From: Longimicrobiales bacterium
Lineage (GTDB): Bacteria > Gemmatimonadota > Gemmatimonadetes > Longimicrobiales > Gaopeijiaceae
NCBI GenBank assembly: GCA_965248195.1
Contig: CBDFIQ010000002.1
Location: 2,976,001 to 3,040,000, forward strand
Reading direction: 5' to 3'
DNA length: 64,000 bases
This document shows, one piece after another, positions 59,819 to 64,000 of the stretch. Below the pieces are notes generated by a model that saw only the letters and a list, made by a program, of their open reading frames with translations, searched no databases and had not been told where the DNA came from. The position numbers and the translations under genes were made by a program. Positions within the stretch are counted from its first letter, which is position 1. The number at the start of each line of letters is the position of its first letter.

Positions 59819-61476
59819 CCAATACCCCAGGACGGTTCTTCATCCGGCATGCTCTCCCGCATCTGGAGCGTGTTCGTATCTAGGATCATGCCCCACTCGA
59901 CGGGTGGCCCGAAACGGTTCTTGTCCAGCTTTACATCGGCCTTGTACAGCCCCTCGCTGTGACGCTCTTGCTTGCCGATGAGCATGACTTGGTCGGCATC
60001 GTTTTCGAGGCTAGAACCACCCAAAAGCCCTTCCTTCCGGAGCTCTCCGCCACCAAAACTCATCTGGCGGTTGACCTGAGAGAGACCGATCGACAGGAGG
60101 CGATGTTTCTGTGCGAGGCCTCGGATGGTGTGTGATACTTCGGTCACTTGGTGCACCATCGTCTCAGCGCTCTGGACCCAAGCCAATTGCAGGTAATCGA
60201 CGATAAACGTTCGGCACCCCTCGCCATGGTACCGCTCGAAGACGAGCGCAATTTGATCTAAGCGATATATGGGCTCCGGGTTCACGCGGATGGAGCCACC
60301 AGCCTCCTGGAGTATCTCTGTCGCCGCGTCCCACGCATCGGGCGAGAATCGGCGGCCGTGCTCCATCTTGCGAGCTTCCTCCCCGGAATAGATCGTGAGA
60401 AGCCGAGTCAAAACCTCCTGTTGACTCATCTCTAGAGAGATCAAGCACACGTGCTCACCTGCCCGGACGGCAGCTGCCGCGAAGTTGACGGCTGCCAGAC
60501 TTTTTCCAGCTCCGGAGCTCGCCCCGATCAGAACATGCCATCCGTGGGCCAGCCCCTCTCCACCGCCCGCCCCCCGGCAGACCCGGTTCCACGTGGGCCA
60601 CGGCGTCCTCACGACGGAAAGGGGTTGAAGTTTTTCGTCCCGGATGCGCTCCAGCACAGCCCTGTCAGCCAGTTCCATAACGGGTGCACCGGTTACACCG
60701 CCGCCTTCGGTCGCCGGTGGGTCACTCGGTGCTAGTGTGTAACGGGCAACGGAGTCGGCGATCTGCCTGAGTTCGTCGTCAGGTAACGCTGGAATGCAGC
60801 GGGCTTCGTTTTCGGCCTGAATCGCTGCGAGTATCGCGGCACGCGACGCGCCCCTCCGTCTGAGTGAACCGGCCAGGCTCGTCAGGGTCTCGTTGCGCCC
60901 TCCCTCCATGATCCGCTCCGGGATCGGATCCGCTGGCCCCTGGCGTCCGTTCGAGGGACCGCCGACCAATTGCAGCAGCCACGGAGGTGCAGCGGTGAAA
61001 CGGGCCTCATTCGGCCCTCGGCCACTCACCCAACTGTATGCATCGCCTGTCGGATGCGGGCTCGGTGGAAGCACGACATACCCTCCTGTCCCACGGACGT
61101 CGATTCCCTCCCCAACCTTCCCGGCCGAGTTTCGAACGTCGGTATTTGTCGGCATCCGAAAGAAAAGGTGGTAGCCGCGTGCGGTCTTGCTGGCGACGCC
61201 CTTCCCGACGGTTCCATGTTCGTTTTGAAGGTCCACGAACCGCTGGATGGCCTCTGGGCCATCTAGGTCAAGAACCCAAGCACCGGACGGCTCGCCAGTA
61301 GCCAGAGCTAGCCCCCTGTCGGGGTGTCGTTCGAACCAGATTGCCGCCAATCGTTCTTCGGTCGAAGCGTCCAACACTCCATTCGACGTTGCGGGGATTT
61401 TGCCTTTCACCGGGAAGACCGCCCAACCCCGCGCCATCGCGTCGAGCGCCGCAGCTTCGATCACTCCCCCGCCCAC
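59815..61476 (-). CDS. Prim-pol + PriCT + DnaB/RecA-type helicase fusion
   Basis: VLDLD, GYHLFF, IDVRG.GGYVV.PPS.H, EGGRN, GAGKS, IVDYLQ, SQVNR, KNRFG. Confidence 0.9.
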   Translation of the reverse strand: MGGGVIEAAALDAMARGWAVFPVKGKIPATSNGVLDASTEERLAAIWFERHPDRGLALATGEPSGAWVLDLDGPEAIQRFVDLQNEHGTVGKGVASKTARGYHLFFRMPTNTDVRNSAGKVGEGIDVRGTGGYVVLPPSPHPTGDAYSWVSGRGPNEARFTAAPPWLLQLVGGPSNGRQGPADPIPERIMEGGRNETLTSLAGSLRRRGASRAAILAAIQAENEARCIPALPDDELRQIADSVARYTLAPSDPPATEGGGVTGAPVMELADRAVLERIRDEKLQPLSVVRTPWPTWNRVCRGAGGGEGLAHGWHVLIGASSGAGKSLAAVNFAAAAVRAGEHVCLISLEMSQQEVLTRLLTIYSGEEARKMEHGRRFSPDAWDAATEILQEAGGSIRVNPEPIYRLDQIALVFERYHGEGCRTFIVDYLQLAWVQSAETMVHQVTEVSHTIRGLAQKHRLLSIGLSQVNRQMSFGGGELRKEGLLGGSSLENDADQVMLIGKQERHSEGLYKADVKLDKNRFGPPVEWGMILDTNTLQMRESMPDEEPSWGIG

Positions 61477-62201
61477 TCTTTCACCTCCTCCGCCGTCATG
61501 TGAAGCCTGGGTGACCGAACTCCCCCGGCCGTGCCATCGGCGGCCGGACGCCCGTATTCGCTACGCAGCCAATTGCGGAACGCCGCGTCCCAGTCGATCT
61601 GCACCCGGCCGTTCGACAGCGCATGGTCGCGGAACCTCACGGCCTCCAACGCCAGGTCTCGGCCCTCAGCGATCTCCGCATGGGCGGCGTTCGGTTCCCA
61701 ACCATCGGGTATCGGCCCTTTTCTTTTTGCCCCCCGATAGGGGGGTTTTTCTTTTTTGTCCCTGTCGGGGGTCACGTGACGGGTCACACCCATGTCACGC
61801 CCTGTCACGGGGGTGTCACGCGTGACATCCGTGACATCCGTGACATTACCGTGACCCTCCTTCTGCTGCCGTTCCCGCTCCCGCTGCCGAGCCTTGCGCT
61901 CAGAGGCGGTGGAATCCGGCTCCTGATACTCTTCCCAATTGACGACGATCAGGAGCTCACCGTCGATCCGCAGTGCCCCGTTTTGGAGAGCCGCGTCCAT
62001 CAACTCGACCACCGCCTGGCGTGTCACCCGCCATCGGCGTGCAAGTGTGCCCCGGTCGGGTATTTTGCATTGGCCCTTCTTTCCCCGGAGCTTTACCCAG
62101 CACAAGAGGCGGGGCCAACACCCCGCTGCCTGGCCGTCCAGTGCATCGATCCATCCGCTCTCGTCCCACTCAACATCGAGCCGTATCCATCGGCTCGTCA
62201 T
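61461..62201 (-). CDS. Phage replication initiator-like protein
   Basis: WIRLD, NWEEYQ, IPDGWEP, DWDAAFRNW. Confidence 0.7.
   Translation of the reverse strand: MTSRWIRLDVEWDESGWIDALDGQAAGCWPRLLCWVKLRGKKGQCKIPDRGTLARRWRVTRQAVVELMDAALQNGALRIDGELLIVVNWEEYQEPDSTASERKARQRERERQQKEGHGNVTDVTDVTRDTPVTGRDMGVTRHVTPDRDKKEKPPYRGAKRKGPIPDGWEPNAAHAEIAEGRDLALEAVRFRDHALSNGRVQIDWDAAFRNWLRSEYGRPAADGTAGGVRSPRLHMTAEEVKEWAGE
61770..61856. repeat. GTCAC/GTGAC iteron-like cluster
   Basis: About ten GTCAC or GTGAC units, including cgtgacat x3. Confidence 0.65.
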
Positions 62202-62590
62202 CGAACTCTCTCCCATCTCTTGGGCGCTCGCCCGCCCTCGCCTCGCTCCCCGCCGTTGAGCTTCGTGATCTCGACGTACAGACACCCGATGGCGAGCGCC
62301 AAAAGCAGTACGTCGCCACCGTCGCGGGCGTAGTGTGACGTTTTCATCTTGAACCCCGTACCCGCAGCTTCCGCGGCCGCAGGGGCCCCTCCGGCTCCTG
62401 CCACTCTCCACCCTCCAGCAGCTCCAGCGCCCGCCCCGCGATCGCCTCGAAATGCCCTGCACGGTGCCCTGAGATCCCGCATCGCTTCTAGCCGCTCCAT
62501 CAACTCGTCATGCGTCCCGTGCGGACAGCCCGTCAGCAGCCGCCGCGCTATACGCTCTAGCTCGCGTGGCACCAGAGGCTGATGGCTCAT

Positions 62591-63100
62591 TCACTCGCTC
62601 CCCTTCGGCAGCAACCATAGCGCACCGCTTCCGGGTTGCAGCGACATCCGACGCGCCACCAGCTCGGCCATCGTGACCACCTCGTCGGATCCATCGTCCC
62701 ACACTTCCACGTTCGCCATGAACGCGCCCGCGATGTCGAACAGGCCCGTCTCTACCGCGAGCAGTGCCTGCTCCACGAAGTCCCTCAGCTGACGCCACGC
62801 GATCCGGTAGGCTAGCTCCTCCTCGACGCACTTCTCGTATTCCAACCGATTGCGCCTCATCCGGTCGGAGTAGGGCTTCTTCTGTAGTATGATCTCGGCC
62901 ACTCTCTCCACTCGCGCCCCCAGGCGAACCGGCACCTCCCCGTGTTCGGTCTGGATCGCGAAGCGGACACCCCGCAGGCCGTGATTTCCCCATATCATCT
63001 CGAAGCGGGTCCCTCCATACGCTCTGACGAGCTGCATGATCTCCGCCGCGCTCTGCTCAGGCTCGACCGTGGTGGATTCGTACTTGATCGCCTGGCTCAT
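62591..63100 (-). CDS. Phage hypothetical protein
   Basis: YESTTV..S.AEI..YG; RIAWRQL. Confidence 0.55.
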   Translation of the reverse strand: MSQAIKYESTTVEPEQSAAEIMQLVRAYGGTRFEMIWGNHGLRGVRFAIQTEHGEVPVRLGARVERVAEIILQKKPYSDRMRRNRLEYEKCVEEELAYRIAWRQLRDFVEQALLAVETGLFDIAGAFMANVEVWDDGSDEVVTMAELVARRMSLQPGSGALWLLPKGSE

Positions 63101-64000
63101 GGAAAGCGCCTCCCGATCCACTCGATCACGTGCACCGTCACCGCATTCCCCATCATCCTGTAGCGTGGGCCGTCCGCGAGTCCTTCCGTCCAACCGTCAG
63201 GGAAGCCTTGTAGTCGTTCGCATTCGGTTGGGGTCAGCCGGCGGGGTACGGCAGCCAGGACGGCACCAGCACCTACGCCAGCCCTACCACCATTGGGAGT
63301 GAGTAGGGCGTTCGCCTTGCCATCATCACCGAGTTCGGCCTGGGGTGTGCCGTTACGACCACGCACGGCCAGACTTTGCGGCTCCAGCGGAACCACGCCC
63401 GCTGTGTCACCCTGCCCGTTGAGCGTGTTCGCGTAGTCGGCCTCCTCCCATCTGACGATCGGCGTGTTGTCCGGCCCGTCTCCCGCGCCTTGGTCCCTAC
63501 CGCCTACGTGGAGCGTGTCAGCGACTAGATTGCCACCATGGCAATCCGAAGTCGGCCCCTTCTGCTCCCGCGCCGTGATCGGGTGAGCCACCCCGTGCTG
63601 GTGCCCAGCCTGGAGCGAGTACATGGGGTCATCGGGGTCACCAATGCCGATTCCCGCCCGTGGGTCATCGGTGCTCTTGCCTGTCCGTGCACCCACTTCT
63701 TGGAGCGGGTAGGCCCCGTGATTGTCTAGGTCGTTTCGTTGTCCGCCCTCGCCGCCAGCGCGCCCGCCAATGCTTCCGGCAACCTCTTTCTCCGTCGTTC
63801 GGCTCGGCGCAAAATCCCCGAACACGCCTTCGGGCTCAAGAAGTATTTCGGGGGGACAGAGTCCTCCAGCACGTCCGACAATGAACACACGACGGCGGCG
63901 CTGGGCCACTCCGAAAAACTGTGAGTCACACACGCGCCACGAGACACCGCGACTGGGTCCGATGGCGAACCCAGCGTTGCGCCACCCGCCTTCTGGGACG
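63097..64000 (-). CDS. C5-cytosine DNA methyltransferase (5' partial)
   Basis: DSQFFGVAQRRRRVF, RRLTPTECERLQGFPD, MGNAV. Confidence 0.9.
   Translation of the reverse strand, partial: VPEGGWRNAGFAIGPSRGVSWRVCDSQFFGVAQRRRRVFIVGRAGGLCPPEILLEPEGVFGDFAPSRTTEKEVAGSIGGRAGGEGGQRNDLDNHGAYPLQEVGARTGKSTDDPRAGIGIGDPDDPMYSLQAGHQHGVAHPITAREQKGPTSDCHGGNLVADTLHVGGRDQGAGDGPDNTPIVRWEEADYANTLNGQGDTAGVVPLEPQSLAVRGRNGTPQAELGDDGKANALLTPNGGRAGVGAGAVLAAVPRRLTPTECERLQGFPDGWTEGLADGPRYRMMGNAVTVHVIEWIGRRFP

Larger units (their letters stand above)
45490..64000. mobile_element. Degenerate mosaic prophage, continuing beyond the window
   Basis: Lysis, terminase, portal, replication and MTase genes with many lesions. Confidence 0.9.

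Overview
High-GC bacterial window; gene content resembles Gemmatimonadota (an impression, not a database result). It has four parts. (1) 1-9.1 kb: housekeeping/accessory genes (PQQ dehydrogenases, an RnfD/NqrB-like membrane protein, an FGE/SUMF1 protein, a Ser/Thr kinase-TPR). (2) 9.3-22 kb: a mobile hotspot. Three ~210-bp direct repeats, each a tRNA-Lys(UUU) 3' half with a hairpin and att-like arms, delimit two integrase-less cassettes (2550 and 3410 bp) carrying secreted NHL beta-propeller proteins. These are followed by a TIR + STAND NTPase pair cut by an IS3, an IS1595 inserted at the 5' end of tRNA-Gly, then tRNA-Gly and tRNA-Cys. (3) 22-45 kb: oxidoreductase/aminotransferase, quinohemoprotein dehydrogenase, a hexuronate catabolism operon (uxuB-like, uxuA, eda, kdgK) joined to a SusC/SusD PUL-like locus, an amidohydrolase and pilins. 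(4) 45.5-64 kb: a decayed mosaic prophage with a lysis module, two different packaging modules, a lambda-like cos site, prim-pol/helicase, an iteron-bearing replication gene and two dual-frame C5 methyltransferases. All calls come from motifs read by eye; no searches were run.
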